From positions 548,015 through 612,014 of the forward strand of contig NW_026867489.1 in NCBI RefSeq assembly GCF_020745735.1: a stretch of DNA of 64,000 nt, read 5' to 3'. Shown in pieces: positions 12,778-24,833 of this stretch (position 1 is its first letter; every line of letters starts with the position of its first letter). This stretch comes from Hemiscyllium ocellatum. Taxonomy: Eukaryota. The notes under the pieces were generated by a model. The model had not been told where the DNA came from. It made no database searches and saw only the letters and a list, made by a program, of their open reading frames with translations. The position numbers and the translations under genes are program-made.

Positions 12778-13097
12778 ACTGGAAGCTTATTCTGATAGCC
12801 ACATGTTGCAAAACAACCTCTCTTTCTCTAATTATTCAAATGATTTCGATTATTTAATAATACTCCATATTTGTTGCATTCTATTGATTCGAACAGTAAT
12901 TTATGTTACTCTGGGATCTTAGCAAGGTGACCCAGGAACAAGCATGACAGATGATCACTTCATGAAAATGGAGAAAATTGCCGCAAAAAGATAATAGAAG
13001 AAGGAAATTTTGAGGATTCTTTTTTAACCAAGGTCACCAAATCTAATGAAGCCAATATACAATTGGGAGAGCAAACAATATGCTTTAATTGCACTGT

Positions 13098-13170
13098 GGT
13101 ATTTGTTCAATTCTTATCCACTGTGGGTTCCAAATACTTGTACACAGTGTTTCAAGTCAACATTAAAACC
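13098..13170 (-). CDS. NTCRD: NAR-TCR D segment (13142-13126, TACAAGTATTTGGAACC) flanked by 12-RSS on both sides, copy 1
   Basis: 5' RSS GGTTTTAAT-12-CACTGTG; 3' RSS CACAGTG-12-ACAAATACC; 17-nt D is open in all three frames (YKYLE/TSIWN/QVFGT). Confidence 0.9.
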
Positions 13171-13496
13171 TCAGGTACTTTCGATTTATGGAGAAAATAA
13201 TTAAAAAGTGGAGATTGATTTTCAATTTTGCAGTTCGTTGCATTCAATCCTAATTTGTGCTTTGGACTCCAAACTGTGTTCATCTTTCCCAACATTCACA
13301 CATTGAGTCCAATTACAATAAAACAAATCAACATCTGTGAAAACTCAGCTGTTCCAAATTGCAGATGTTATTACCAATAAAACAGTCGCATTAGAAATTA
13401 AAACATGGGGCAGATGGTGAAGGGTAGAAGAAAGTGTGTTGTTATCAACAGAACAACTGTACTTTTTCATCTGTTTTTGCGAAAATCTCTGTGGAT

Positions 13497-13535
13497 TGTT
13501 TTTGCATTGCACTTTTATTCGGCCGTCACTCCGTG
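13497..13535 (-). promoter_or_regulatory. 23-RSS of NAR-TCR V copy 1
   Basis: CACGGAG-23 (TGACGGCCGAATAAAAGTGCAAT)-GCAAAAACA. Confidence 0.85.
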
Positions 13536-14015
13536 TGTTGTAGTAGTAATGTGCTTTACAGTAATATGTGCCAGTGTCTTCAATTCTTACGTCCTGAATC
13601 TCCAGTGAAAAAGTCTTTTCTTCTTTAACCATCCGTACAACAAATCTCCCTCCGTTAATGATCCGCCTCCGCTCTGATCTGCCCTGGGTTTGCTTGAGGA
13701 AATATCCATCTTGGAAATAATAACCCCAGTTGTGACCGTAATAAACACAGGTGATGCTGAGAGACTGACATTCCTTCCTGGTCACCACTGGTGGGGTTTG
13801 TGTCACCGACTGACTGAAAGCACCTGGAAATTAATAAAGGGGAAATTAGAAAATAATTCGACAAAGAAAAGCAACAAACGTTTTTAACCTACGTCTATGT
13901 CAGCAAAAGGCATGGTCATGGGCAACATTTAATTGATTGAAAGTAATGTCAGTTAATTTCATCGGTACTCACAGGGTAGCCAGATATAGAAGATGAAAAT
14001 AATAAAGATTTCCAT
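13536..14015 (-). CDS. NTCRV: NAR-TCR V gene copy 1: leader exon 14015-13973, intron, V exon 13823-13536
   Basis: ATG...CCCT|GTGAGT leader MEIFIIFIFYIWLP; acceptor TTTCCAG|; AFSQSVTQTPPVVTRKECQSLSITCVYYGHNWGYYFQDGYFLKQT...GGRFVV...KTFSLEIQDVRIEDTGTYYCKAH; IgNAR-like short CDR2 region, extra FR1 Cys (KEC), open frame. Confidence 0.92.
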
Positions 14016-15499
14016 GTTTCAGCCCCCTCGAGCTGATGGTTTGTATGACGGGTCGGTGAACTCTGCAGCCCAGAACTATACAGGGAGACTAAATCTCGGA
14101 TTTGGTCTGAAACGCACAGAAGATTCGAATAGCACTCCACAGGAACCTTTGGTGAAATTATTGATGAGGTGCGCGGTTATCAGTGTCAAATGATGTATTG
14201 TGTAAATACTGAAAGGTTTAAAAAGGGATTATGCAGCATTCTGTGAAACCGATAAAATTATCTCTCCCAAATTAGGCACTGGGGCGGGGCTTGCTGAATG
14301 GGTGAATGCAGCCACCTTAATTTCCACTACACGATCGAGGCCAGAGAACGATTCTGATCCTTTTATTGGGTGGGGTGTGATCCGAAAGTCGACCCATCAG
14401 CTCAGTCATTGGTCAATCTACTGGCAAATGGAAACAAAATGCATAGAAAATGTGTGTGCATTTCGTGTTAGCCTATCCTGTATCCTTCTCTAATGAAGAT
14501 GGCATTTGGCACGCAGTTTCCACTGAGTATTGACTGATTTCGACCTCCTCATCGTACGCACTTTTCACCTGCAGTGACAGAACATTAAGTGGAAACTGGA
14601 AGGACACGAATCTTTTGGGTAGTTGTTTTACATTATCTTTGTTGGACTAATATTTGCCTCAGCTTTATAGCATTGGACCCTAAATCATGTTTTTGTTCTC
14701 CCTCCATTAAAGCAGACGTTGGCATCTTTTGAGAAATTATTACTTTACATGACAATACCGCTCGTTACATTACAACATTGGGCCTTGTCACATGGGCACT
14801 GCACTATGCTTTGTAGTTGTTTGTATTAAACTAGTTGCCAAATATTGCATTTGATTATGTTTGACCTAATATTACAATAGGCTCGATTTAAATCGCTATG
14901 GTAATATCATTTCTCTTTCCATAGTACACAAACTGCTGTTCTGATTGCAGTTGGTTCTGCCTCAGAAATTTTTGTAAAAAAGCATGTGTCACTCTACATT
15001 CCATCAACAATGGTCTGGTCTAGATATGTGGTCATAATCAAACACAGACAAATAATTTAAGAGTACTGTGATCTTATACATGAGAATAAGATGGATCATT
15101 TTTGAGGAGCTAGCTTGCATTTTATTGCAACTTCAATGTTTTGCAAAATTAAGTGAGTTATATCACATTTTTGTAACCGTTACGAATGAACTATATCTTT
15201 CGAATTGAAGTATTATTACATAAAGCCATCCACACTTTGAAAAATTAGCTTCTCATAATAAAATTTGTAGTGAAGAAGCCAATGGAAATAGTCGAAGATG
15301 GGACGTGAATATCACTTGCAAACACGACATGTATCCTGGGAGATGTTTTCTGAAGCGACTTTCTGTACTGACTGTGGTGCACATAGAAAGTGAGAGGTAA
15401 TGCAAGTCAAAACCACTTGCATTTATTCTACCCACTTAGTTTTGTAATCCGTGTGAAAGTTGAAAACATGTCCTTCATGCTCATCTGAGCAACAACGCT

Positions 15500-17560
15500 G
15501 GACTGATTTGCGGGAATGATTTCAGTCAAGTGATTGAACTGTCGGTTTCTGATAGTTTTGGGAATGGTGCCCACAATGTTGCAAAGTTTATAGTCATCAT
15601 GGAAAACGATAAGAATGGTGCAGATGTTGTAGATCGAAACTGGAGGAGAGCTCAGCTCAACATCATGAGACTGGAAATGCCAAACAAGACTGGGAGCAAC
15701 TACTTGCTGGTAGGGCTGAATGTGGAATTTTGGAGACCTTTCAAAAGTAAGTTGATGAGAATTTTGGCACACTGTGCTCCTCTAAGAGTGGAGGGTAAGG
15801 GTAACATGTTGAGGGACCCCTGGATGCTAAGGGAAATCACTAGAGACAAAAAATAAAACCCTGCAGATGCTGTAATCCACAAGTAGAAAAGCAGGAGGCT
15901 GGAAAACACAGCAAGACAAGAGGAGGAGAAGAAAACCTTTCTGGGTATAACCCTTCTTTAGAACTTGGAGCGGGGTTGAATTCCGAAGCAAAGTTATACC
16001 CGAAGCATTGACTTCCTCCAACTCTTGACGCTGCAAGAGATATAATTGCTTGTACAGCAGAAGAAGGAAGTATACATCAGTTCATTTTCATTTAAAAAAA
16101 CACTGATGAAAATCCCTTCAGATACATATTTGTGTGCATGTCTGGTGACAGGTATCTTGCTAAAAAAAAAGAAGTGGCGAGGACAAACAGGGTCGACAAA
16201 ATATCTTTCGCAATTCAGATCATGGAAGAGCCCAAGGCATTTTGCACATCCATTAAGAGTAAGAGGAATTCCAAGGAAAGAGCGGTGCCTACCGCAAATA
16301 ATGGGACAATCTCTCCGTGGAACCAGTGGACGGGGTTAGGACTGAAACGACTACTTCTCAACCCTCTTGACGGGAAGGAAGACGTTGTTGCTGGAAATTT
16401 CAGACGGGATGCTGACTTTCTAGTAAACGTTGTGGTTTATAAATAAGAAGGGTACGAATTCATAAGCGACAATAAAGGTACTCAGGTTCCCAGGGCATGA
16501 CCATTTTCACCTCAGGCTGCTACGTGAGTCAAGGAAAGATTTTGCTGTGGAGTCTGGCGGATGGACTGACTATTTCCCTGGCCATAGGTGAAGTACCAGA
16601 AAATTGAATACTAGATAATGTGGTTCCTTTGATACATAAAAGGAGGCGTAGTTCAGCAGAAAATTATAGGCCAGTTCGTCCGACGACAGTGGTGAAAAGA
16701 TATTGAATAACCTATGAGGGAGAAAATTAATAACATTTGGAAATGCAGGATTTGATCAGAGTAATTTGCACTGATTTGTTAGAAGAGACTATGTCCAATC
16801 AATTTAGTTGAGATTTTTTTTTGAAAAGCTGTCGAAATTTATTGAGGAAGCTACTGCAGTCGATGTGGTTCCCATGGACTTCAGTAAGGCATTTGACAAG
16901 ATACTCACACGAAACGTTCGTATAAAAGACAAGAATCCGTGATATGCAAGGCGAGGTGGCAAAGTAGATCTAACATTGAGTTGCAAAATAAGTTTAAGGG
17001 TAAAGGTGAATCATTGTTTTATGACTGAAAGCTTGTGACCAAGGGCTTACCACGGGGATCGGTGCTGGTACCATTCCTCTTTGTTTGTACATTAACGAAC
17101 TGTATTTGAATGTAGAAGGCATAATAAGTGGATTAGCCGATGAAACGAAAATTGGTGATACTATTGATAGTTTTTTCATTGATATCGTACTCTTAAATTA
17201 CAGTTTGATATTGATCCACTGATAAATTGGGCAGAACAACGCTATATCAAATTTAATCATGGTAAGTTCGAGATGATTCGTTTCGGAAGGTCGAATAAGG
17301 GAAGGATAGACACAATGGATGATAGGTTCCGAGGGAGTATTTAGGAACAAAGAGACGTTGGTCCACGAGTCCATAGATTACTGAAGAATTCAACACGGGG
17401 AGGCAGCATAGTGAATAAAGAAAACAATATGCAAGTTTTATTTCACAGAGCTTGCAGAAACAGAAGCCAGGAAGACTTCTCAGAATTTTATACAAGAATG
17501 CTTAGGCCACAGATGTAGTAATATTGTCGTTCTGTTTGCCACACTACGGCAACGACTCAA
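15500..17560 (+). mobile_element. Degenerate CR1 LINE ORF2 (EN-RT linker and RT fragments)
   Basis: FWRPFKSKLMRILAHCAPLRVEGK...RDPWM, and MDFSKAFDK RT motif near 16871-16900; many stops and frameshifts; boundaries approximate. Confidence 0.85.
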
Positions 17561-18149
17561 AACACATTGGAAACGATATAAAGGAGATTCACCAGGAATT
17601 TGTCTGGTATGAAAAGCCTGATTTAGTGTGTTGTTTTCCTTTGAGCAAACAAACTGAAGGTCAAACACAATCACATTATGATTTCTATGACACCTCGATT
17701 ATGGAGTTAGCAATTTATCCAACCGAGATGTAGCTTCATAATTCAGTCCAGACTCTATCCTGGAAACATTCTCTGAACCCTTTCACAAATCTCTTTATGC
17801 TTATTTGATTTTGCGAGTCTCCGCAAAAAATGCCATCAGTTTTCAGGCAATGTGCAGACACTGGTGAAGATGGGAAGAATGCAAAATAAAGAAAGCTTTT
17901 TGGAGTGAGATATAATTCTACGTCACTGTACATAACTTTAGAAATGTCAACAACATTGAATGTGTAAGGGCAGACGTGTTCTCAAAAAAAGAATGCTGGA
18001 AACAGAAAGCCTGCTGTGAGGCAGGAACCAACAATAAACAACCGACAGAGAAACACCATTCGGGGAAAAATATATTACATTTGTATTTGTAAACAGGTCG
18101 CTGAATAGTAATGTCCTTTCTTTTAAACTCAGTCACTGGGTCAATTTTC

Positions 18150-20495
18150 CCAACTTCTGGGATTTAGTTCGTCAGTGTTTGATTCACAAAATGGTTACAA
18201 AGCGGCGATTGACACACAGTTCCAGTTATAATTGTACAAAGGGTAAGAGTGCTTCATTGGTTGGAACAATTACTCGTCACTGTACAAACCAAAGTGTTCT
18301 TCAGAGATTAGTGAGGTGCTTTTTTTCATCTAAAGATGACTTTTCATTTAGGTTCTCCAACAATGACTTAAATGAGAGTACAACTATCCTGGAACAGGTA
18401 CTAACGACATTGCGTGTCAATTTAGTACAAACGAGAGCAGCAGTTCAAGAATTCAGATCAGCACTGCGATCGTAGGAGCAAATAGAAAAGAATAATAAAT
18501 ATTGGCCCAGCCAACACCATCCTCATTCTATGTATGCGTGATTTAAAAGGCTCCCTCTCTCAATCAATGAAGCACTTTGAAAATTACTCTGTTAGTGTTA
18601 TAACATAATTGAAACAACAGGTCTCCGTTTGAACATTAATAGCAAGGTCTCAATATAACAAGTTATATTTTACCATCGGTTGCATGCCATTAAGACATTG
18701 CGGGTCCATTTATACTTTGATAGCGTTACAAATTATACAACACCAGATTACAATCCAAACTGGTGTTGTGCGATTTTTAGCATAGTATACCCAGTCTAAC
18801 ACTCCAAATCATCACTTTGATAACATTCGAGTCATTTACTCACAGTAAACGTGGCAGTGCCAAAGAACAGTATAGTTTCCACCATTGTAATTTAGAACAA
18901 ATTGGCCCTAGAAAGCTTTGGAAAGTACAATATCAAAACATTCAATTCAAATAATAGAATCATAAACCGCCGACAAAGACTGCAAACGGATCCGTACATC
19001 CATATTTTTATCTTAGGGTGTTAGTGTTAAGCGGAGAAAAGTGCTATTGAAAATGTTGAAATTGCACCGGCCACACTGAGACATGCAAGCATTAAAGTGG
19101 AAGACGAGGGACGTTGTTTGTAGAAACTAAACAGATAAACTGTTGTACTGACACATTTAGTGAGAGGGATTGAAGATCTAACGAAAAAACTAATTTCAGT
19201 TAATGAGATAACTGGGAAATAAAAAGACGAAAGTAGAAGAATGACTGTGTCGACAAAATTCTCAGTTTTATCAGATAAGAGGAAAATGTATACTGGTGAC
19301 GTGCAATTCGCAGTGGATAAAAGGGAGCAAGGCTATATATCATGGAGATGTGTTACCAACACAATGGAGATTTGATGCAGTTGACGTATGAGCCATGCAG
19401 CTGCTATTGAACTTCGATACGTCACGTGACACGCTGATTGCTGCAAGGTTCAGATAGTAAATGGCAAAAACCAGACCCTTTAGTATTTCATGTATTTATA
19501 TCCAGAAGCTCCTGATGCTCACTGCAAAATGATCACATTTATACCTGCTAGTACGTCTTCCAGAATAAAATAATTCGACGTTTGATCTTTTACATAAAAT
19601 AAATTCATTGAAAGAAAGCAATAAGTGCTTCTTAGCGAATGTTGCTGCCAAAATGAATAAATTATACTGTTAATAAACATAGCAAAAAGGTTAAACAGGT
19701 TTAGATTCTAATCCCTGGAATTCAGAAGAATAAGAGTGATCTTATTAAAACATATACAGATCTTAAGGGTAAATGCTGACAGAAAGTGTCCATACATGGG
19801 AGACTCTCGGACAAGAGTGAATAGCCGCAGATTAAAGGGTTGCCGATTTAACAGAGAGATGATTGAGAATGTCTTTTCTCAGAGGTCTGCCAGACTTTCG
19901 AAATTTGACACATAGATCTGTGTGGGCACAGTTCCATTAATAGTTGCAGTTGATTTATTTCGAAATGTTTACTTGATTGCTGATCGTCATAAGAATATGT
20001 ATTACTTCATTATGTGACGGTTTTAAAAATTCTATTGCTTCATGAGAGATGAGTTTCGCTGTGCAAAACACGTTCATTGCTCTGTCATAATTACCCTTGA
20101 ACTGTCTGCCTAGCAAAAGTATTAAATGAATTTAAGTTCAAACAGGCGATCTGTCCACAGAAAGTTCTTCTGTGATTCTGAATTGGTATTGAAGCATTAT
20201 TACCATTACACTGCCATCTACGATTGCAATCTAAATTGTAAATACTGATGTCTGTCTGTGTATCAGCAGTTCCATTGAATATTATACTACTTGCTGCTCT
20301 GACTTGGATGCACCGTGAAACATTGTTCAAACCTCTTTCGTAGAAATTGAACTGATATTCAGAAATGCTATTTTCCCTGCTTAAACTTCGAGCTGGGTAA
20401 GACTGAACGATCCTGAAGCTATTGCTAAAGTTGTAGAGTATCAAATTTTTACAAGTAATATCTTCCATGTTTGGAGAGCATTTCACAAGCATTTC
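18150..20495 (-). pseudogene. Possible relic of a large-exon membrane receptor (N-glycosylation-rich ectodomain plus hydrophobic helices), interrupted by a CR1 fragment near 19710-19900
   Basis: Acceptor TTTTCCAG| at ~20495 precedes a 133-codon ORF with Cys and NxS/T sites; downstream fragments TLMLACLSVAGAISTFSIALFS and IYYSFLFAPTIAVLI look like TM helices; family not established. Confidence 0.3.
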
Positions 20496-21460
20496 TGGAA
20501 AACAAACTTTTCTGGAAAAGCTCAGTAGGTCTACCTACCTATCTACTCATCTATCGATCGATCATCTTTCCATTATAAAGTAGATATCGCTTTTGTTAAT
20601 TATGTACTTTACTGTGGAACAGACAGAGAGACTGTCTTAATGTGATTCTCTACAATTGATTATGGTAATACGAATTTAGAAATGTATCCATCTGGAAGTA
20701 TAAGTTTTGGAAAGTAAGATTGCTGAAAATACTGGCATTTATAAAATTCTTCTTTTGGCGATAGTTTAATGGGAGCCAGGGAGACATTACAATACAAGAT
20801 GTTTTATGGCCAGATCCACTGCTTATTTCACATTGAGACTAAGGCTGCAAAATTGGGAACGTGACTGCTTTTATGAAGTCGTATACGAAAAGAGTTGAAA
20901 ATGGTAATTTGATCATTCATTTAATGGATTCCCTGATAAGGACAAGTCCTCGAGACATAAATTCATGGGACCTATACGTGATTCTCGTTGAGAAATGCTT
21001 TCAATTTTCTTGTGGGACAAATGTTTTAATTGAATCTTTGCAATCTAGGACCTCTTAGAGACTTCAATCTCTGCCTTGTTATGGGTCACTATGAATCAAG
21101 TTTTTTTTAATCGAAGCAACAGACTGATTTCTGTCCTATAATAGAGAACAGAATTTAACTACTCTTTCCTCATTAAAACCAGATTATGTCACTGATAATA
21201 GTATCACTGTCTTGACATGTGAAGTGACTGATGATACTGGTGCAGTGAAACTGCCGACACAAGGCTGGGTTCCATAAGAGACTTCTGCCTAAGCAATCCA
21301 GGATCCAACGCCAATATTCTGTGAGTAATTCGGATGCAGCAACGGTGACTGCTCCTTCCAAAATGTGTGTTTAAACGTTCTTTTGCAATTGACGATCACA
21401 ATAATACACGATCCATTCACTATGAAGATCCATTACACTTTGGAGTGTGGAGTCACTTCC

Positions 21461-21548
21461 AAGATTCGACAGTCACCATTGTCCCAAAAGCATAGACGGC
21501 GTCGAAGCTCACCGCCTTGATCCTCTCGATCTCCATTGTACAGGAACC
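21461..21548 (-). pseudogene. NAR-TCR-like J segment (21509-21461) with 23-RSS and destroyed splice donor, cassette 3
   Basis: Coding SFDAVYAFGTMVTVES; donor reads GGAAGTGACT versus GTAAGTGACT in J1/J2; plus-strand RSS CACCGCC-23-ACAGGAACC. Confidence 0.75.
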
Positions 21549-21872
21549 AAACCTACCACAAAGAGTCGAGAAATCATCAGCACGCAGTGTGAGAAGTTAT
21601 CTTATTCTGGAAATTTAGATAAATATCGAGTATTGTATGTGTCCAATTTTTTTTGGTTTCAACTTATTTCCCGATCGTTTGACAAATGATACAAATGAAG
21701 GAAGCTCGAAACTTCATACAAGTTCTGGAGAAGATTCTGAAAAAAGTGTTTGCTGAAGACTGAAATTTGCTTTCCAACTGGAATGTGAGACATTCATGCA
21801 AGGCTGAAATATAGGATTTTCCAGGCAGATTAAGGCGGTTGTCAATTTATTTTTGTGTGAATCTCTCGTGAG

Positions 21873-22196
21873 AGTTTTTGAGCAGAGTGAAGGCGAGGCC
21901 CATCACGCTACGCAGTCTTAACTGTACTGAGCTCTGCAGAAATAGGTGGCGGTGACTTCAAATCTGACAACCTGAATTTCCAATGAGAATGTATTTTGTG
22001 TTTTATTCATTATTATAATCAATCTATCGATGGTGCAGATCCGCTCCCCCTCTGTCAAGGACTCTGTTTGTATGACGAAATGCCCATTATCAAAAAAGTA
22101 ATTCCAAAAAAGAATGACCCTGTTAAACACAGGTAATGGAGAGAGAATGACGCTTCTTCCTTGTCATGGTTGTCGATTCCTGTATTACTAACTAAG
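21873..22196 (-). pseudogene. NAR-TCR V pseudogene (cassette 3) with degenerate RSS
   Basis: LVIQESTTMTRKKRHSLSITCV / frameshift / NYFFDNGHFVIQT...KTQNTFSLEIQVVRFEVTATYFCRAQYS*; stop just after the acceptor, FR1 Cys to Arg, heptamer TAGCGTG-22-TCAAAAACT. Confidence 0.85.
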
Positions 22197-23537
22197 CTAT
22201 AAATTAAATGGAGAGGTTGGTGATCATTAGAAGCGACCAACACGATACAGTTAAATCCCCAGACCGTTCTTGTAATTCGGACGATCTTGGGGAGCCATGT
22301 AGTATTGAATCCAGACAATGTTGCTTTTTTGCAATCGGTACTTTAAGGGCAAACAGACAGGATTAACATGGGGGGAGGGGGGTCTCATTGTTACCGCAGC
22401 GAGAGCTGACGTTTTCGATGATGGGGTTCTAGAGATAAGTCTGGGAGACAGGATCGTGAGCTGGGTTGCATTGCCCGAGAGGGATGGAGTTGAATTGCAG
22501 AAGACAGTGTCCATGACATAGTTGAGAGACTGAGTGGACTCGGTCTCTCTGGACATGCGTTGTCTGACTAGGCAGCATATTTAAAGAGCGAATCAATAGT
22601 TTTATGTCTCTTCACCAGCTCTGTGAGCGGGATATGTTATCTCCTCGACCATTCGCCCAATATACAGAAGTTCTAAGGTTGAAGATGGGGATATGTGCTA
22701 TCACCGATTGCTGCAGTCCTTCTTATCCAACAGTAAGGAGGTTGGTCAGTGTTTGCACCTGTTCCTAAATGTTGAGCATAGATTGCGAAGCTATGATCAT
22801 GCAAGAACCCAGGAGCAAGTTTATTTCTCCCCCACACACAACATCAATTTCTCTTCCTCCCGTCTCCACCTTATCCTCGTTTTAATTCATCAGTTGGGGT
22901 AATTATTTAACACTGAGTAGTTGCGCAGGTCCGCAGTCAAATATCTGATCAGGAAAACTTAACCTGAACGTCGACATCTGCAATCAGCCACGCAAGTGAG
23001 ATCCGGGCTGCAAGATCATAACGGGTGGGGTGGGGGAGGAAGGCCGCACATTTGTAAGACAATTGTGATTCAGATACATAACTTGCATCAAGAACAAATT
23101 CTCGCACATATTTTAGAAAATGATTTGTGATACACCTTTTTTTTGTCTGTTGCATCTATAATGTTGCTTTTAGTCAATAGTGGAAAGGTGCTCTAAGGTA
23201 AATTGAGATCATCCTGCATTCTTCTAAGTTGTAGAGAACACAGTTACAGAGTCCTCAATTTTCAGTCTAAGAACGATACAAACATTGCAACATTGTTGCT
23301 CTCCCTCTGTTACAAATTTATCTTTGACCGATATTTTAAAAAGGCTAATCGTTTAATTTGAGCTATACAGAATATGCCAGTCTCAACAGCACTTATACGT
23401 TTTTAGCATGTTTTCTTCTCGTGACATAACAACAAGGATTCACGGGACTCTTCGGTCATGGTGAACTTCCAAATTTAGATTATTGAAGAAATATTCTAGT
23501 ATTCTGTTTTACCTACCAAAGTGGCAGCATGAAAGTC

Positions 23538-23680
23538 CAAAGATGTGCAGACCAGATGAATTTGCCATACTATGGATCACGCCATGGGTCTCGGTGGGTT
23601 ACTCTTTGGAGTGTCGATGTGGACTTGTTGTGCTGAAGGGCCTGTTTCCACACTGTAGGGAATCTATTCTAATCTAATCT
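23538..23680 (+). mobile_element. 5'-truncated HE1-type SINE
   Basis: AAAGATGTGCAG...GGACTTGTTG...GAAGGGCCTGTTTCCACACTGTAGGGAATCTATTCTAATCTAATCT. Confidence 0.85.
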
Positions 23681-23699
23681 TCCGCATTATTTTATATAT

Positions 23700-24570
23700 T
23701 CCACGATCCATCCCTTACTCTGTTTCATCTGATTTCAAATCGTAAGACTATTTCCTTTCTTCTGACGTTACCAGACCTGTTGAGTTTCTCCGTGTCATTC
23801 TCACAGTTCATCTATCTCCATAATACGTGTCCGACGATGCCGTGTACGGAAATAGAGCCTCCATAATCTCCATATTATTTCACAACGGAACATTCCCCTG
23901 AAAGTTGTTAACTGGTCCGAACTAACTCACGTACTTCAGTCCTCAACTCTCTCTTCTATCTCACCACAGCGATCCAGTTCACATTTTTCTGACTTGCTCT
24001 CCCACCTGTAACCATATCAAGATGATAATTAGCTGAAATTTTTGCCAGTGACATGCCACCACAAGACACAAATCTCTGTCACCTCCCGTATCAGCCCTCC
24101 CCAGGGACATTTACCTGAAAGACATCCTGACTTCACGCCCAACAAATCTGCCGCCAGCCGACAACTTCACGAATGTTTCCACAACAATTATGGAATCTCT
24201 TGGTTTACTTCCTCCCTCCTTCGTGTCTAACGGGACAAGCACACCTTCCAGGTGAAGCAACGCTTTATCTGAACATCTCACAATGTAGTCTACTGCATTC
24301 CCTCTTCACAATGTTGTCTCGTCTATATTGGGGCAGTGAAGCATCGCCTGAGTGAGCGATTTGCAGAAAATCCACATTCTGTCTGCGAAAAAGACCGGGA
24401 ACTCCTCGTTGCCGACAACTTTAATATGTCACCTTGCTTCGTGGCCAACATTTTTATCTCAGTCTTGCTGCAAAGTTCAGCGTAAGCTGATAGAGCAGGA
24501 TCTCATTTTCCACTTGGGAACACGACAGCCTTCTAGACTCAATGCGAAGTTCAACAACTTTGGGTCTTGA
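23700..24570 (+). mobile_element. Penelope-like element (Neptune-type) GIY-YIG endonuclease fragment plus terminal sequence
   Basis: FQVKQRF..TSHNVVYCIP..QC.LVYIG..KHRL.ERFAE...QRKLIEQDLIFHLGTRQPSRLNAKFNNF; terminal-type ACCAGACCTGTTGAGTTTCTCC near 23770. Confidence 0.8.
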
Positions 24571-24833
24571 GCTCTCCGATATCCTCACATAGACCGCTCA
24601 CATCAGACCTTCTTATCACATGGTCTGCTATTGCGTACGGCACATTCCGAGCCCCGAGCGGTATTCAATACTCGCTAGCCATCCTCCAAGCAGGATCGTT
24701 ATCGACTCATTTGTCTGACTACATGTTCTTCTCTCCTTATGAGGTCTATCTCCAAATATTGTTTACACCTTATCCCATCCCTCATCCAATCGTCTGCATG
24801 CAAACTGAAAGCTTCATAGCTACACTCTGTTTT

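Larger units (their letters stand above)
1005..20830. repeat. Segmental duplication copy 1 (~19.8 kb), paralogous to 35697-56407
   Basis: Colinear near-identity from ATTAAGTTGCCTTTGAGGCC (1005 / 35697) to GGCCAGATCCACTGCTT (~20825 / ~56402); the ORF track shows paired ORFs throughout; offset shifts from 34692 to 35577, mainly through one ~0.9 kb indel. Confidence 0.97.

Noticed and set aside
13092-13098. Extra CACAGTG heptamer overlapping the nonamer of the D 3' RSS (also 48692-48698)
   Set aside because: No acceptable nonamer at 12 bp (ATTGTTTGC) or 23 bp (TCCCAATTG), so it does not define a second D.
21550-21870. Expected D segment of cassette 3
   Set aside because: No convincing heptamer/nonamer pair found on either side; not called.
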